The translations under genes were made by a program, and so were the position numbers. A stretch of DNA of 63,746 nucleotides, counting the filler, from Patellaria atrata CBS 101060 (lineage: Eukaryota), in NCBI GenBank assembly GCA_010093705.1. It is 31 parts of 31 records of this genome, joined end to end, with 100 filler letters (N's around TTAATTAATTAA, not from the genome) between each part and the next. Parts side by side here need not be neighbours in the genome. Positions count along the whole stretch, not along the records: positions 25,533 to 27,597 come from MU006182.1; positions 27,698 to 29,707 come from MU006183.1; positions 29,808 to 31,835 come from MU006184.1; positions 31,936 to 33,884 come from MU006185.1; positions 33,985 to 35,795 come from MU006186.1; positions 35,896 to 37,701 come from MU006187.1; positions 37,802 to 39,603 come from MU006188.1; 24 more parts are not named here. One strand, given 5' to 3'. Positions 25,533-39,703 of this stretch are shown here, in pieces. A model generated the notes under the pieces. It ran no database searches. It saw only the letters and a program-made list of their open reading frames with translations, and had not been told where the DNA came from. Numbering within the stretch: the stretch's first letter is position 1; every line of letters begins with the position of its first letter.

Positions 25533-27597
25533 TTTAATTATTTATTTTTATATAAAAAGTAATTTTAAAGATATTATAAATTATTATAATTTTTTAATAA
25601 TTAAGTTTTTTATTATATTAAAAAGTTTAAATAATAAAAATAATTTAATTATTATTTAATTATATAAATATTATTAATTATAAAGAAATATATTATTATA
25701 AAAGAAAAAATTATAATATATAAAAAAGTATATTATTTATTTATATATATTATTTATTTATAAATTATATTATAATAATAAAATTTTAAATTATTAATAT
25801 AATTTATTAATTTTTTAATTTTAATTAATATTTATAATAAAATAAGTTATATTATATAAAAATAATATAATAAATAAAATTAAATTTAAAACTATAATAT
25901 TTAAATTTATAGATAAAATTAATAGTAAAAATAATTATAAAAAAATTAAATATATAAAAAAAAAATTATTTTAAATATTTTTATTTTTTATAATTAATTT
26001 AATTTATTTATATTTTAATTATTTTAATTATTAATTATTTTCTATAATTAATATAATTAAATAATTTATTATTTTAATTATTAATTATTTTCTATAATTA
26101 ATATAATTAAATAATTTATTATTTTAATTATTAATTATTTTTTATAATTAATATAATTAAATAATTAATATTTAATTATTTTAATTATTAATTATTTTTT
26201 ATAATTAATATAATTAAATAATTAATATTTAAATTATATAATTCTTTATTATTTATTTTATTTATAATTTTTTAAATAATATTTTTTTTTATTTATTATC
26301 TATATATTCTTATAATTTATAATTATAATAATAAAAAAATATTTAATTTTTTAATAAATATAATATAAAAAAAATAATTATTTTTATTATAAATTATAAA
26401 AAATTATAATAAAGTTTAAAAATTAAAATTTTATATATATATATTTATCTAAAAATAAATATTAGAAAAAAGAATATAAAATCTATAAAAATAAAATAAA
26501 AGTATTTAAAAAAAATTAAAAATTTAAATTATTAATAAATAATTAAAAAATATATAATAATTTTAATTATATAAATAAATTTAAATTTAAATAATATTAT
26601 TAAATATTAATTTATATAAATTATATAATAATAATAAAAAAAGATTATAAATAAAATATAAATTATTAATATTATAAAAATTTAAAGAAAAAATTATATA
26701 AAAAAAATATTTTTATAGAAAATAAAAGTATTTAAAAATAATAAGAAAATATTTAAATATATTATTAAATATAATATAATAAACTTTAAATAATATATAA
26801 TTAATAAAATAGAATATAATTATTATATAATATAAAGATAAAAATTAAAAATTAAAAATAATTTAAATTATAATATAATTATTAAATAAAAGTATTAAAG
26901 ATTTAAATATAAAAAGTATTATAAAGATTTATATTATTATAAATATAATAAATTATATTAAATTAAATATATAAAATCTAATAATTTAATATATAATTAT
27001 ATAAAAAAACTATTAAATTATTTAAAATAAAAATAATTAAAAAATATAATTTTAAAATTTCTTAAAATTTTATAAAATAATAATAAAATTTTATAAAATA
27101 ATAATAAAATATTTTAAATAAATATTATTATATATAATAAAAATAATAAAAATATTAATTAATAATAATATTATTATTATTTTATTTATTTTATTTAAAT
27201 AAATAGAAAAGAAAAATATATTTTATATAAAATTTAAAAATTTAGTTTTATTATAATTAGAAAATAATAAAAATATAAAATATAAATAAAATTTAATTAA
27301 TTTTAAAATTATATTAATAAAAATTAATATATAAAGAAAAATAATTATTTAATATATTTTTATAATTAATTTAAAAGATATAAATATAATTTTAAAAATA
27401 AATTAATTATAAATAATAAATTTAAATATTAATTAAAAAATAAAAAGTATTTAAATTAATTAAAAATATTTTATAAAAAAATAAAATTAAATAAATAAAA
27501 TATATTAAATAAATAAATATTAATATATTTATAAAATATATTTTATATTATAAAATAATAAAGATTTATAAAAATAAATTTAAAAGTATAAAAGTTA
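25533..27597. mobile_element. Gypsy family B relics: LTR with an internal 50-bp tandem repeat (about 26021-26225) and an internal gag/pol segment
   Basis: About 26330-27597 is collinear with about 3780-5000. About 25760-26330 matches LTR B. Confidence 0.75.
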
Positions 27598-27752
27598 NNN
27601 NNNNNNNNNNNNNNNNNNNNNNNNNNNNNNNNNNNNNNNNNTTAATTAATTAANNNNNNNNNNNNNNNNNNNNNNNNNNNNNNNNNNNNNNNNNNNNCCG
27701 AGCACCGTTCAAATCGAGAGCTACGAAAAGGTTGGACTTTTGGAACTTGAAA

Positions 27753-29358
27753 ATGGACGCTGAGCCTTTCGATGTCCAGGCCATCAGGGAGAGGTTCCCG
27801 GCTCTGATGAGGGAGGGCCAGGTTTATATGGATAATGCGGGGGGCAGCCAGTGTTTGGGGGATGTGGTTGAGTCGTGAGTGCTTCTTTTTTTCGTTGATG
27901 TTTAATCATAAGAGGAGATCGTATCATTTTCCACGTAGATGAACAGTTCAGGGGAACATAATGACTCACTTCTAACGCAGGATTTCGACGTATCTGTCTA
28001 CCAATAATGTCCAAATGGGAGGCACGTACACGATTGGAAAGATCTCGATGGATAAGTTTGCGGAGGGGAAGAGGGCGGTTGCGGACTATTTGAATGTGGA
28101 TGAGGATGAGATTGGTATGTTTCTTCTCCTGTGGATGTTGTTTGATTATATACTTTCTTGGTCTGTCCGTTTGAGGTGTATATTACTACATGGAGAAAGA
28201 TTTCCGCATACTATAGATAGATATGACTAACACTGACTGAGATAGTTCTCGGGTCTTCCACTACCCAGCTCTTCCGTAACCTCGCCTTTGCTATCAACTT
28301 TGAACCTGGAGATGAAATCATACTGTCAAAGCTTGAACATGAAGCCAATGGTGCTGCTTGTAAGTTCGTACCTCATCATCTGAGCTCGATACTCCTCTCC
28401 TGTCAAGACCTCCTTCTCCTGTTCTCTTGTTTGTCATGCTCTCTCCATTCCCCCCCTTTTCAAGTCATATTCTTTTTTCAGTATTATCCCACTTCACCTT
28501 CCTAACACCAACCCAGGGGTCGACATAGCCACCCGCACAAACCTGACCCTCAAATGGTGGACACCATCCCCCTCCTCCACAACCCCGTACCCCTACCTGA
28601 CCCCAGAATCCCTCAAACCCCTCCTGACCCCGAAAACTAAACTCGTCTCCCTAACCCACACCTCCAACATCCTCGGCGCCATCCATCCCATCGGCGCCAT
28701 CGCCTCCCTCCTCCGGTCAGAGTGTCCGCGGGCCCTCCTCTCCGTCGACGGCGTCTCCTACGCCCCGCACCGCCTCCTCGACCTCAAAGCCCTCGACGTC
28801 GACTTCTACACCCTGAGCTGGTACAAAGTGTACGGGCCGCACATCGCGACTCTTTTCGCCAGCCGGCGCGCTCAGGGGTCTATGAGGAGCTTGGGCCACT
28901 ACTTCAACCCGACCGTGACGCTGGAGCACAAGCTCGGGCTCGCCGGCGCCAATTACGAACTCACGCAGGCGCTGGGGTGCGTGGTGCGCTACATGAAGAG
29001 CGTGGTGGACGGCATCCCGGCGCACGAGGCGAGGCTGGCGAAGATCGTGTTGGACTATTTGAGTGGGAGGGAGGGTGTTACGGTTTATGGACCCACGACG
29101 CCGGATCCGGAGATCAGGGTCCCGACGATCAGTTTTACGGTCGAGGGACGCGGGAGTAGGGGCGTCGTGGAGGAGTTGGATGAAGCGAGCGAGTTTGCGT
29201 TGCGGTGGGGGCATTTCTACTCGAAGAGGCTTTGTGATGAGGTGTTGGGGTTGGGGGAGGAGGGGGTGGTGAGGGTCAGTCTGGTGCATTATAACACGGT
29301 TGAGGAGGCGGAGGGGTTCGTGCTGGCGTTGGATAGGGTGTTAAAAGGTGGGGGATGA
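27753..29358 (+). CDS. PLP-dependent aminotransferase class V, cysteine desulfurase-like; exons 27753-27874, 27981-28114, 28246-28359, 28517-29358
   Basis: Motifs FDVQAIRERFPAL, YMDNAGGSQ, LEHEAN, HTSNILG, VDGVSYAPH, DFYTLSWYKVYGPH (PLP lysine) and VVRVSLVHYNT. Three GT-AG introns with CTAAC branch points keep the frame. Confidence 0.92.
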
Positions 29359-29444
29359 AGTTTGCAGGGTGAGGCTGGCTCTGGCTCTGATGTACACGGG
29401 AGGATGTGGTCAGGGGGTTGAACATGACGATGTTCCGATTAGGC

Positions 29445-29663
29445 CTACTTATAGTAATGTACAAGATCGACGATTACCCAGCTTGCCCCTCCAATGAAAG
29501 CGATACCTAGAGCACAAAAGACAATGTAGACTACTATCGCTTGAGCGATACCCATCTCAGGTGTTTGCTCCACTGTGGTGTTAAGGGCCGCCTGGTATAC
29601 GATCAATAGGGAGCCAGGGACTTTGTACGGTACTATACACACCTCGTTTTGGGGAGGCTGGAC
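29445..29663 (-). CDS. Possible 3' exons of a small single-pass membrane protein (5' end off contig)
   Basis: A hydrophobic IAQAIVVYIVFCALGIAFIGGASWVIV segment precedes the stop at 29445. There is a plausible 21-nt exon at 29663-29643 and an intron ending ...ATACCAG. Confidence 0.35.
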   Translation of the reverse strand, partial: VQPPQNEVCIVPYKVPGSLLIVYQAALNTTVEQTPEMGIAQAIVVYIVFCALGIAFIGGASWVIVDLVHYYK

Positions 29664-29807
29664 CTATTATACGATTAGCATGAGTACGGACGTCTGAGAA
29701 TGACGGTNNNNNNNNNNNNNNNNNNNNNNNNNNNNNNNNNNNNNNNNNNNNTTAATTAATTAANNNNNNNNNNNNNNNNNNNNNNNNNNNNNNNNNNNNN
29801 NNNNNNN

Positions 29808-31600
29808 CTCGTTGGCAAATCTGAAAAATGGGTTGGAGAGTTTTTTAAAAAACTATTTTGTATAGGAAAAGTCAAAAACCGGTATTTTGATTACATAGAT
29901 CTCGATATCTATTCTACTATATATACTTATACCGAGTTCCCTCTTGTGCTCTAGAATACTATAACACTTGGGGGTTATGCACACACAAATGACCCTCTTT
30001 TTAACCTTTTAATCACTTTACGTTGAGGGTTACCCTATATGGTCCTTTTTGAATCAGGTATAATTTCTCTGCTATAAGCTATATCTAAGATATCCAGCGA
30101 CCCTACCCGATCACGTGACCGCAGGTCGCGACGCTTTATATGACCCAAATGACCCTTTTGAATAGTACAATGGATGAGATCTGGGCGGACCTGGATAATA
30201 TGTTTGGCGATTGTGATGCTGCCAGAACCGCCAAAGCGAAGCCTCACGACCTATCATTCAGACTCAAGAATAACAAACACTTTGAATCCTACTTCTCGAA
30301 GATCATGATCCAAATGGCAAAGATACCAAATGTCACGATCCGGAGCTATGATCGTAACAGCGGCTCGAGCCATCACAGGTTAACTAGTCGGCCCGAGCCT
30401 TGGCATATGGATATAGCCCCCCCCTGGTTGTAAATAGTTTTCTCTCCTCAATTTGTTCTTAGTCAATTGAGTACTGCTTTGACCCACGATACGTCCGTAT
30501 CAAAGATACTCGCCGTGACAAGTTATGTGGGTTGTATAGCGTAACTAGAGGAAATATCTTATCAGCAGCGCTATAAGATTCTAGTAATCAATATAAGAGA
30601 TATTGATGGATGATAGATTAATAACTTTAGTTTATTAATATTCTAATAGCTAGAGGGTTACCCTATGCGACTAGGTACCTAAATATAGGGTTAAACCATC
30701 TGTATAGCTGAACGGGTTTATTCTTTCTCTAGCTTTTAAAATATTAAATATTTCGTATATTTAGAGGTTACCCTATGCGACTACTTTCATTATTTTTCCG
30801 GCCTTTTAAATCCATTAATGCTGGATTTGGTTCTGTATATATACACGAGGTTACCCTGCGCGGAAAACAAACCTTTATTCTCTACAATCTATATAGCTAG
30901 ATAATCTAATATTATTTCTCCAGCTTATAATAAATACCTTAGCGGTTTCATATACGTACAAGGTTACCTTACGGGGCATAAAATCCATCTTCCTACACCC
31001 GGTTACCCTATGCCCAAGACCTTCACGCCTATCGACCTAAACCTCCATCCCGTGCTACACCCGGTTACCCTATGCGACCTGGGAATCAAAGGGGTTCTCT
31101 GCGACCTTTTTAGGTCATGGAGGATCCCCTATTTCGAGAACCATAATCCTATTAATAAGCTTGATGGCTCTTTAGGCCTAGGTCACGCTAGAATACAACA
31201 CACGACGTTACCCTACGCGACCGGGGAACCAAGGACGTTTACCGTGACCTGTAATAAGTTATGGTAAGGGGGATCTGACCTTACAGAATAAAGCCTTACA
31301 TGAATAATTATCTGAGAACAAATAATAGTTATTATATGAAAAATGTCATCTATTTAGGGATTGTCTCAATCTCATGCGCACACGAGGTTACCCTGCGCCA
31401 CTAGAATATCAAGGATGTTTCCATGACCTTCCTGATAATTATTAGGTCATGGAGACTCCCCTACACCCTTTTATAATATCTTTCTCGTATATATTACTGA
31501 AAGGGTAAGATACACTCATCTCCCAAGTGCCACTTTCCCACCTTCGGTCTCCCGCGTGGAAACGAGAGGTTACAGATGGGGGGAGAGTGCTCCCAAGAGT
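29808..31600 (-). other. rDNA intergenic spacer (IGS/3' ETS) downstream of 28S, with degenerate subrepeats
   Basis: Directly continuous with the 28S 3' end. Nine co-oriented GGTTACC(C/T)T-type motifs lie between 30028 and 31394. Confidence 0.75.
30331..30520. mobile_element. 190-bp LTR-like element within the IGS contig
   Basis: Perfect 7-bp inverted termini TGTCACG...CGTGACA and higher GC than the right flank. No target-site duplication is seen. Confidence 0.6.
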
Positions 31601-31835
31601 ACAAATCTAGACGTCTGGGGCTAACGCTCAGTAGCTCGTAACAACAAGGCTACTCGACTACTTACACGACCCTGACGTACAACCAAGTCGTCTGCAAAGG
31701 ATTTATCCCCGCGCAAAGTGAAATTGCAATACGCCAGCTGAGGGCCGCCAATTCCAGGCGACCCGCGTTGCCGGCCTGCTAAGGTCCAGGGCCAAAGGCC
31801 TATTCGTATCCGACTACGATGTGCGGGAGAGGATC
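31601..31835 (-). rRNA. 28S (LSU) rRNA 3' end, partial
   Basis: The minus strand reads ...GGATAAATCCTTTGCAGACGACTT...GTGTAAGTAGTCGAGTAGCCTTGTTGTTACGAGCTACTGAGCGTTAGCCC...AGATTTGT, the conserved fungal LSU terminus. Confidence 0.95.
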
Positions 31836-31935
31836 NNNNNNNNNNNNNNNNNNNNNNNNNNNNNNNNNNNNNNNNNNNNTTAATTAATTAANNNNNNNNN
31901 NNNNNNNNNNNNNNNNNNNNNNNNNNNNNNNNNNN

Positions 31936-33364
31936 TAAATTTAAATATTATAATTTTAAATTTAATTTTATTTATTATATTATTTTTATATAATATATTT
32001 TATTTTATTATAAATATTATTTAAAATTAAGAAATTAGTAAATTATATTAATAATTTAAAATATCTTTATTATATATATTTTATTATTTTATTAAATTTA
32101 TCTTAATAATTAATTATATTAAATAAAAAATTAAATTTATTTTATTTTATTTTAATAAATATAAACTTTTATTATAATATTATAATTATTATATAATAGA
32201 AAAATATATAAATAGACTTAAATATAATATTATTAATTATAATTAATATAAAAATAGATAAAAAATATATTTAAATATTATATAAATATATTAATAAATT
32301 TAAAAATAAAGAAATAATTTAAAAATTAAAGAATTAATTTAAATAATTTATTATATAATTATTATTATTATAAAAGTAAACTATAAAAATTAAAGAATCT
32401 ATATTATATAATAATAAATAAGATAAATTAAAAGAATTTTTAATATAAATAAAAATTTATTATAAAAAATTAAAGTTTATAAATAATAATAAATATATAT
32501 TTAATATATTAATATATTTTAAAAAAAATATTTTAAAATAATTTAAATCTATTATATAAGATTATTTTAAAAATAACGAAAAATATTAAAAAGATAAAAT
32601 AATAAAGATTTTTAAATTATTTTTAAAATTTAAAGAAATATTTAAAAATATTTTTAAAAAAATTAATAAATAATAAATAATTAAAAGAAAACTTTAAAAA
32701 TTTAAATAAAAAAAAATTAACTTTAAAATATATAATTATATTTTAATAAATAATATTAATATTAAATTAATTTAATAAATTATTAATAATTATCTTTTAT
32801 TAAAATTTAAAGAAAAAAGTAAAAAATAAATAAATTTATTATAAAAGATTAATAATTATATAAAATATAATAATCTTAATAATTAAAATAGATAATAAAT
32901 TATATAAATATAAATATAAATAAAGAAAATAAAAGAATATTATAATTAAATATAAAAAGAAAATAATAAAAATTATAAATAAATAAAATTAAAAAGATTT
33001 AATAAACTTTAATTAATTATAATAAATAAAATAAAAGAAATTAAAAAAATAATAATAATTTATTTAAAAAGAAAAAAAATATTTTATAAATAAAGTATAT
33101 TTATAATATAAAGAAATAAAATATTTTAAAAAAAATTATTTATAAAAGATATAATTATTTTTATAATATAATTAATATATATAATTTAGAGTTATATATT
33201 TAATATTATTATTATTAATTTTATTATTAAAAGAAGAAAAGATTAAAGAAATATTATTATTAAAATAAATAAAAGTAAATAAATTATTAATATTAATTTT
33301 AATAATAGAAAATTAATTAAAAAAGAAAATATTTTAATAATATTTAAATAATTAATAATATTAA

Positions 33365-33406
<42 letters not shown>

Positions 33407-33884
33407 AATATTTAATATAAAATTAAAGTTAAAAAATTAAAATATAAATATTTAATAAATTAAACTTTATATATTAAATTATAAAATAATAATAATAGTT
33501 TAAATAAAAGTTTTAAGATTAAAAACTAATTAAATTTAAATTTAATATTAATATAATTATTAAAAAATAATAGTTAAATTTTATATTAAAAGTAAAAAAT
33601 TATTTAACTTTTTAATAAATATAATATAAAAAAAATAACTATTTATATTATAAATAATAAAAAATTATAATAAAGTTTAAAAATTAAAATTATATATATA
33701 AATATTTACTAATAAATAAATATTAGATAAAAGAATATAAAAACTATAAAAATAAAATAAAAATATTTAAAAAAAATCGAGAATTTAAATTATTAATAAA
33801 TAATTATAGAAAATATAATAGTTTTAATTATATAAATAAATTTAAATATAAATAATATTATTAAATATTAATTTATATAGAATA
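31936..33884 (+). mobile_element. Gypsy family B 5' LTR end (to about 32179) and gag, heavily mutated
   Basis: The LTR B end is followed by a gag-like K-I/V-KEP..YDG...KL.GFL pattern near 32390-32440. From about 32800 it is collinear with contig 2990-5689. Confidence 0.8.
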
Positions 33885-33984
33885 NNNNNNNNNNNNNNNN
33901 NNNNNNNNNNNNNNNNNNNNNNNNNNNNTTAATTAATTAANNNNNNNNNNNNNNNNNNNNNNNNNNNNNNNNNNNNNNNNNNNN

Positions 33985-35795
33985 TTTTATTTTATTTATT
34001 ATAATTAATTAAAATTTATTAAATCTTTTTAATTTTATTTATTTATAATTTTTATTATTTTCTTTTTATATTTAATTATAATATTCTTTTATTTTCTTTT
34101 TTTTTTATTTATATTTATATAATTTATTATTTATTTTAATTATTTTAATTAATATATTTTATATAATTATTAATCTTTTATAATAAATATATTTATTTTT
34201 TACTTTTTTCTTTAAATTTTAATAAAAGATAATTATTAGTAATTTATTAAATTAAATTAATATTAATATTATTTATTAAAATATAATTATATATTTTAAA
34301 GTTAATTCTTTTTATTTAAATTCTTAAAATTTTCTTTTATTTATTTATTATTTATTAATTTCTTTAAAAATATTTTAAAATATTTTTTTAAACTTTAGAA
34401 ATAATTTAAAAATCTTTAAAATAATTTTATATAATAGATTTAAATTATTTTAAAATATTTTCTTTAAAGTATATTAATATATTAAATATATATTTATTAT
34501 TATTTATTAATTTTATTCTTTTATAATAAATTTTTATTTAAATTAAAAATTCTTTTAATTTAATTTATTTATTATTATATAATATAGATTCTTTAACTTT
34601 TATAATCTATTTTTATAATAATAATAATTATATAATAAATTATTTAAATTAATTTTTAAATTTTTAAATTATTTCTTTATTTTTAAATTTATTAATATAT
34701 TTATATAATATTTAAATATATTCTTTATTTATTTTTATATTAATTATAATTAATAATATTATATTTAAATTTATTATATACTTTTTTATTATATAATAAT
34801 TATAATATTATAATAAAAGTCTATTTTTATTAAAATAAAATTAGATAAATTTAAAAATATATTTAACTTTTTATTTAATATAATTAATTATAAAAATAAA
34901 TTTAATAAAATAATAAAATTTATATAATAAAAATATTTTAAATTATTAATATAATTTATTAACTCTTTAATTTTAAATAATATTTATAATAAAATAAGAT
35001 ATATTATATAAAAATAATATAATAAATAAAGTTAAATTTAAAATTATAATATTTAAATTTATAGATAAAATTAATAGTAAAAATAATTATTAAAAATTTA
35101 AATATATAAGAAAAAAATTATTTTTAAATATTTCTATTTTTTATAATTAATTTAATATTTTTAAATACTTTAAATATTTTAAATATTTTAAATATTTATA
35201 TTTATAATATTTATTATATTTATATTATATAATCTTTAATTATTAATTTTATCTATAATTTCTTTAAATAATATTTTTATTTTTTTTTTTATTTATAAAT
35301 TATATACTTTTATAATTTATAGTTATAATAAATATATTTAAATAAATTAAAAATAAATTTTAATTAAATAAAAAATTATTAAAAATTATTTTAAAATTAT
35401 TTTAAAATAATTAATATATAATTTAAACTTATTAAAAAGATAAAAATTAAATATAATATTTATAATAATAATATTTATAATTTTAATAAAATTAATTTAT
35501 AAATAAATATAATTAAATTAATAAAAATTATTATAAATATAAAAAAATATATAAAATTTAATTTTATTTAATTAAATAATTAAAAATAAATTATAATTAT
35601 CTAAAATATTTATATTATAAAGTATATAATTATTATAATTATAAATTATAAGAATATATAAATAATAAATAAAAGAAAAAAAGAAATATTATTTAAAAAA
35701 ATTATAAATAATAAAAAATTATATAATTTAAATATTAATTATTTAATTATATTAATTATAAAGAATAATTAAATAATTAAAATAATTAAATAATT
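33985..35795 (-). mobile_element. Gypsy family B gag and 5' LTR (about 34808-35328), plus a further LTR B piece, heavily mutated
   Basis: The reverse complement matches about 32180-33040 and the LTR B sequence. Confidence 0.75.
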
Positions 35796-35895
35796 NNNNN
35801 NNNNNNNNNNNNNNNNNNNNNNNNNNNNNNNNNNNNNNNTTAATTAATTAANNNNNNNNNNNNNNNNNNNNNNNNNNNNNNNNNNNNNNNNNNNN

Positions 35896-37701
35896 TATTA
35901 ATTTTATATTTTTTATTTTTATTAAATATTTTTAAAATTATAAATATTTCTTTTAATATTTTTTATATTATATTATAATTTTATTTATTTTATATAAATT
36001 AATAATTTTTAATTATAAAATAATTTTATAATATATTATTAATTTTATATTTTTTAATAAATAATTAAATAATTTATTAATAAATATAAAAAAACTATTT
36101 TAATATCTTTTAATTTTATTATAAATAAAGATAATTTAAAAGTTTAATTTTTATATATTATATAATATTTTTAACTTTTATTTTTATAATATTAATAATA
36201 ATAATATATATAGTTTAATCTTTAATTTTAAAATTATTATTTTTAAATTTAAAGAAATTAAACTTATTTTTATAAATTTTATATAAATATTTTTCTTTAT
36301 AATTAATTTTTAATAAACTTATTTAAAAATTAAAAGAAATTTAAATTTAATAATATAATTAATAAAATTATATATTAAATTCTTTATATTATATTTATAT
36401 ACTTTCTTTAATAATAAAAAATAAATAATATCTAAAAATTATAAAAGATAAAATAAATAAATTAATATATAAAATATAATAATACTATTTTATATATAAA
36501 ACTTTTAAAACTTTATAAATTTATAATTTTTATAATTATTAAAAATTAATAGTTAATTTAAATTAAAATATTTATTTTTTATATATTTAATAAAATATTT
36601 TAACTATTTTATATTAAATTTATTTATAGTTTAATTATTTTTAAATAATATAATTATTTAATTTTTAAAAATATTTATATTTTTATATTAAATAAATAGA
36701 TAATAAATATTATTAAAAATAATAAATAATAAAATTATTTATTTTTATATATTAATAATTTAAATTATTTTAATTTATTTATAATTATTTAATTAAATTA
36801 ATTTTAATTAATTATATCTTTTTATATTAATTATAATTTTATTAATTATTATTATATTTATTTAAAAATTTATTTTATTAAAATTATAAATATTTATTTT
36901 AATAATATTATATTTTTTAATTATATATATTATAAATTAAAATTAATTATTAATAATTTTAAAATCTTTATATTAAATTTTTTTTATAATTATATTTATA
37001 ATTTAAATTTATTTTTAATTTTAATATTTAATATATAAAGTTTTTTAATTATTTAATTTTAATTATTTTAATATTATATATAATAAGTAATTAATTTATT
37101 ATATTTTATATAATATAAAGTTAAAATAAAAATCTATATAAATTAAATTTAAAAATATAATTTATAATAATTTTCTTTTTTAATTTAATAAATCTTTTTA
37201 ATTTAAATTTATAATTATATTATATAAAAATTTTAATATATTATAATTTTAATATTTATATTTTAATTTTTTAATTTTAATTTTATATTAAATATTTTAA
37301 TATTAAATATATATATTTCTTTTTATATATTTAATATTATTAATTATTTAAATATTATTAAAATATTTCTTTTTTTAATTAATTTTTTATTATTAAAAAT
37401 AATATTAATAATTTATTTATCTTTATTTAATATAATAATAATATTTCTTTAATCTTTTTTTCTTTTAATAATAAAACTAATAATAATAATATTAAATATA
37501 TAACTTTAAATTATATATATTAATTATATTATAATAATAATTATATTTTTTATAAATAATTTTTTTTAAAATATTTTATTTTTTTATTTATAAAGTATTT
37601 TTTCTCTTTTTAAATAAATTATTATTATTTTTTTAATTTCTTTTATTTTATCTATTATAATTAATTAAAATTTATTAAATTTTTTTAATTTTATTTATTT
37701 A
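35896..37701. mobile_element. Hypermutated AT-rich relic; right part is family B gag on the minus strand
   Basis: About 37215-37701 is the reverse complement of about 3170-3670. The left part is unassigned. Confidence 0.65.
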
Positions 37702-37801
37702 NNNNNNNNNNNNNNNNNNNNNNNNNNNNNNNNNNNNNNNNNNNNTTAATTAATTAANNNNNNNNNNNNNNNNNNNNNNNNNNNNNNNNNNNNNNNNNNN
37801 N

Positions 37802-39603
37802 TATATAAAATATAATAATTAAAATAATTAAAATAAATAATAAATTATATAAATATAAATAAAAAAAAGAAAATAAAAAAATATTATAATTAAATAAAAA
37901 AATAAAATAATAAAAATTATAAATAAATAAAATTAAAAAAATCTAATAAATTTTAATTAATTATAATAAATAAAATAAAAAATATTAAAAAAAATAATAA
38001 TAATTTATTTAAAAAGAAAAAAAATATTTTATAAATAAAATATATTTATAATATAAAGAAATAAAATATTTTAGAAAAAATTATCTATAAAAAATATAAT
38101 TATTATTATAATATAATTAATATATATAATTTAAAATTATATATTTAATATTATTATTATTAATTTTATTATTTATAGAAAAAAAGATTAAAAAAATATT
38201 ATTATTATATTAAATAAAAATAAATAAATTATTAATATTATTTTTAATAATAAAAAATTAGTTAATAAAGAAAATATTTTAATAGTATTTAAATAATTAA
38301 TAATATTAAATATATAAAAGTAAATATATATATATAATATTAAAATATTTAATATAAAATTAAAATTAAAAGATTAAAATATAAATATTTAATAAATTAA
38401 GTTTTATATATTAAATTATAAAATAATAATAATAATTTAAATAAAAGTTTTAAAATTAAAAATTATTTAAATTTAAATTTAATAATATAATTATTAAAAA
38501 ATAATAGTTAAATTTTATATTAAAAATAAAAAAATATTTAATTTTTTAATAAATATAATATAAAAAGAATAATTATTTATATTATAAATAATAAAAAATT
38601 ATATTAAAGTTTAAAAATTAAGATTTTATATATATATATTTATTTAAAGATAAATATTAAATAAAAAGATATAAAATTTATAAAAATAAAATAAAAATAT
38701 TTAAAAAGAATTAAAAATTTAAATTATTAATAAATAATTATAAAAAGTATAATAATATTAATTATATAAATAAATTTAAATATAAATATTATTATTAAAT
38801 ATTAATTTATATAAATTATATAATAATAATATAAATAGATTATAAATATAATATAAATTATTAATATTATAAAAATTTAAAGAAAAAGTTTTATAAAAAA
38901 AAAATATTTTTATAAAAAATAAAAATATTTTAAAATAATAAAAAAATATTTAAATATATTATTAAATATAATATATAAGATTTTAATTAATATATAATTA
39001 AAGGAATATAGTATAATTATTATATAATATAAAGATAAAAAGTTAAAATTAAAAATAATTTAAATTATAATATAATTATTAAATAAAAGTATTAAAATTT
39101 TAAATATAAAAAATATTATAAAGATTTATATTATAATAAATATAATAAATTATATTAAATTAAATATATAAAATTTAATTATTTAATTTATAATTATATA
39201 AAAAACTATTAAATTATTTAAAATAAAAATAATTAAAAAATATAACTTTTAAATTTTTTAAATTATTATAAAATAATAATAAAATATTTTAAATAAATAT
39301 TATTATATATAATAAAAGAATAATAATATTAATTAATAATAATATTTTTAATTTATTTATTTTATTTTAATAAATAAAAAAGAAAAATTTATTTTATATA
39401 AAATTTAAAAATTTATTTTTATTATAATTAGAAAATAATAAAAATATAAAATATAAATAAAATTTAATTAATTTTAAAATTATATTAATTAAAGTTAATA
39501 TATAAAAGAAAATAATTATTTAATATATTTTTATAATTAATTTAAAAGATATAAATATAATTTTAAAAATAAATTAATTATAAATAATAAATTTAAATAT
39601 TAA
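37802..39603 (+). mobile_element. Gypsy family B gag/protease region, heavily mutated copy
   Basis: Collinear with about 3053-4857. Confidence 0.8.
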
Positions 39604-39703
39604 NNNNNNNNNNNNNNNNNNNNNNNNNNNNNNNNNNNNNNNNNNNNTTAATTAATTAANNNNNNNNNNNNNNNNNNNNNNNNNNNNNNNNNNNNNNNNN
39701 NNN

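Noticed and set aside
30028..31394. TTACCCT motifs as telomeric repeats
   Set aside because: They are dispersed single copies rather than tandem (TTAGGG)n, and they lie in the rDNA spacer.
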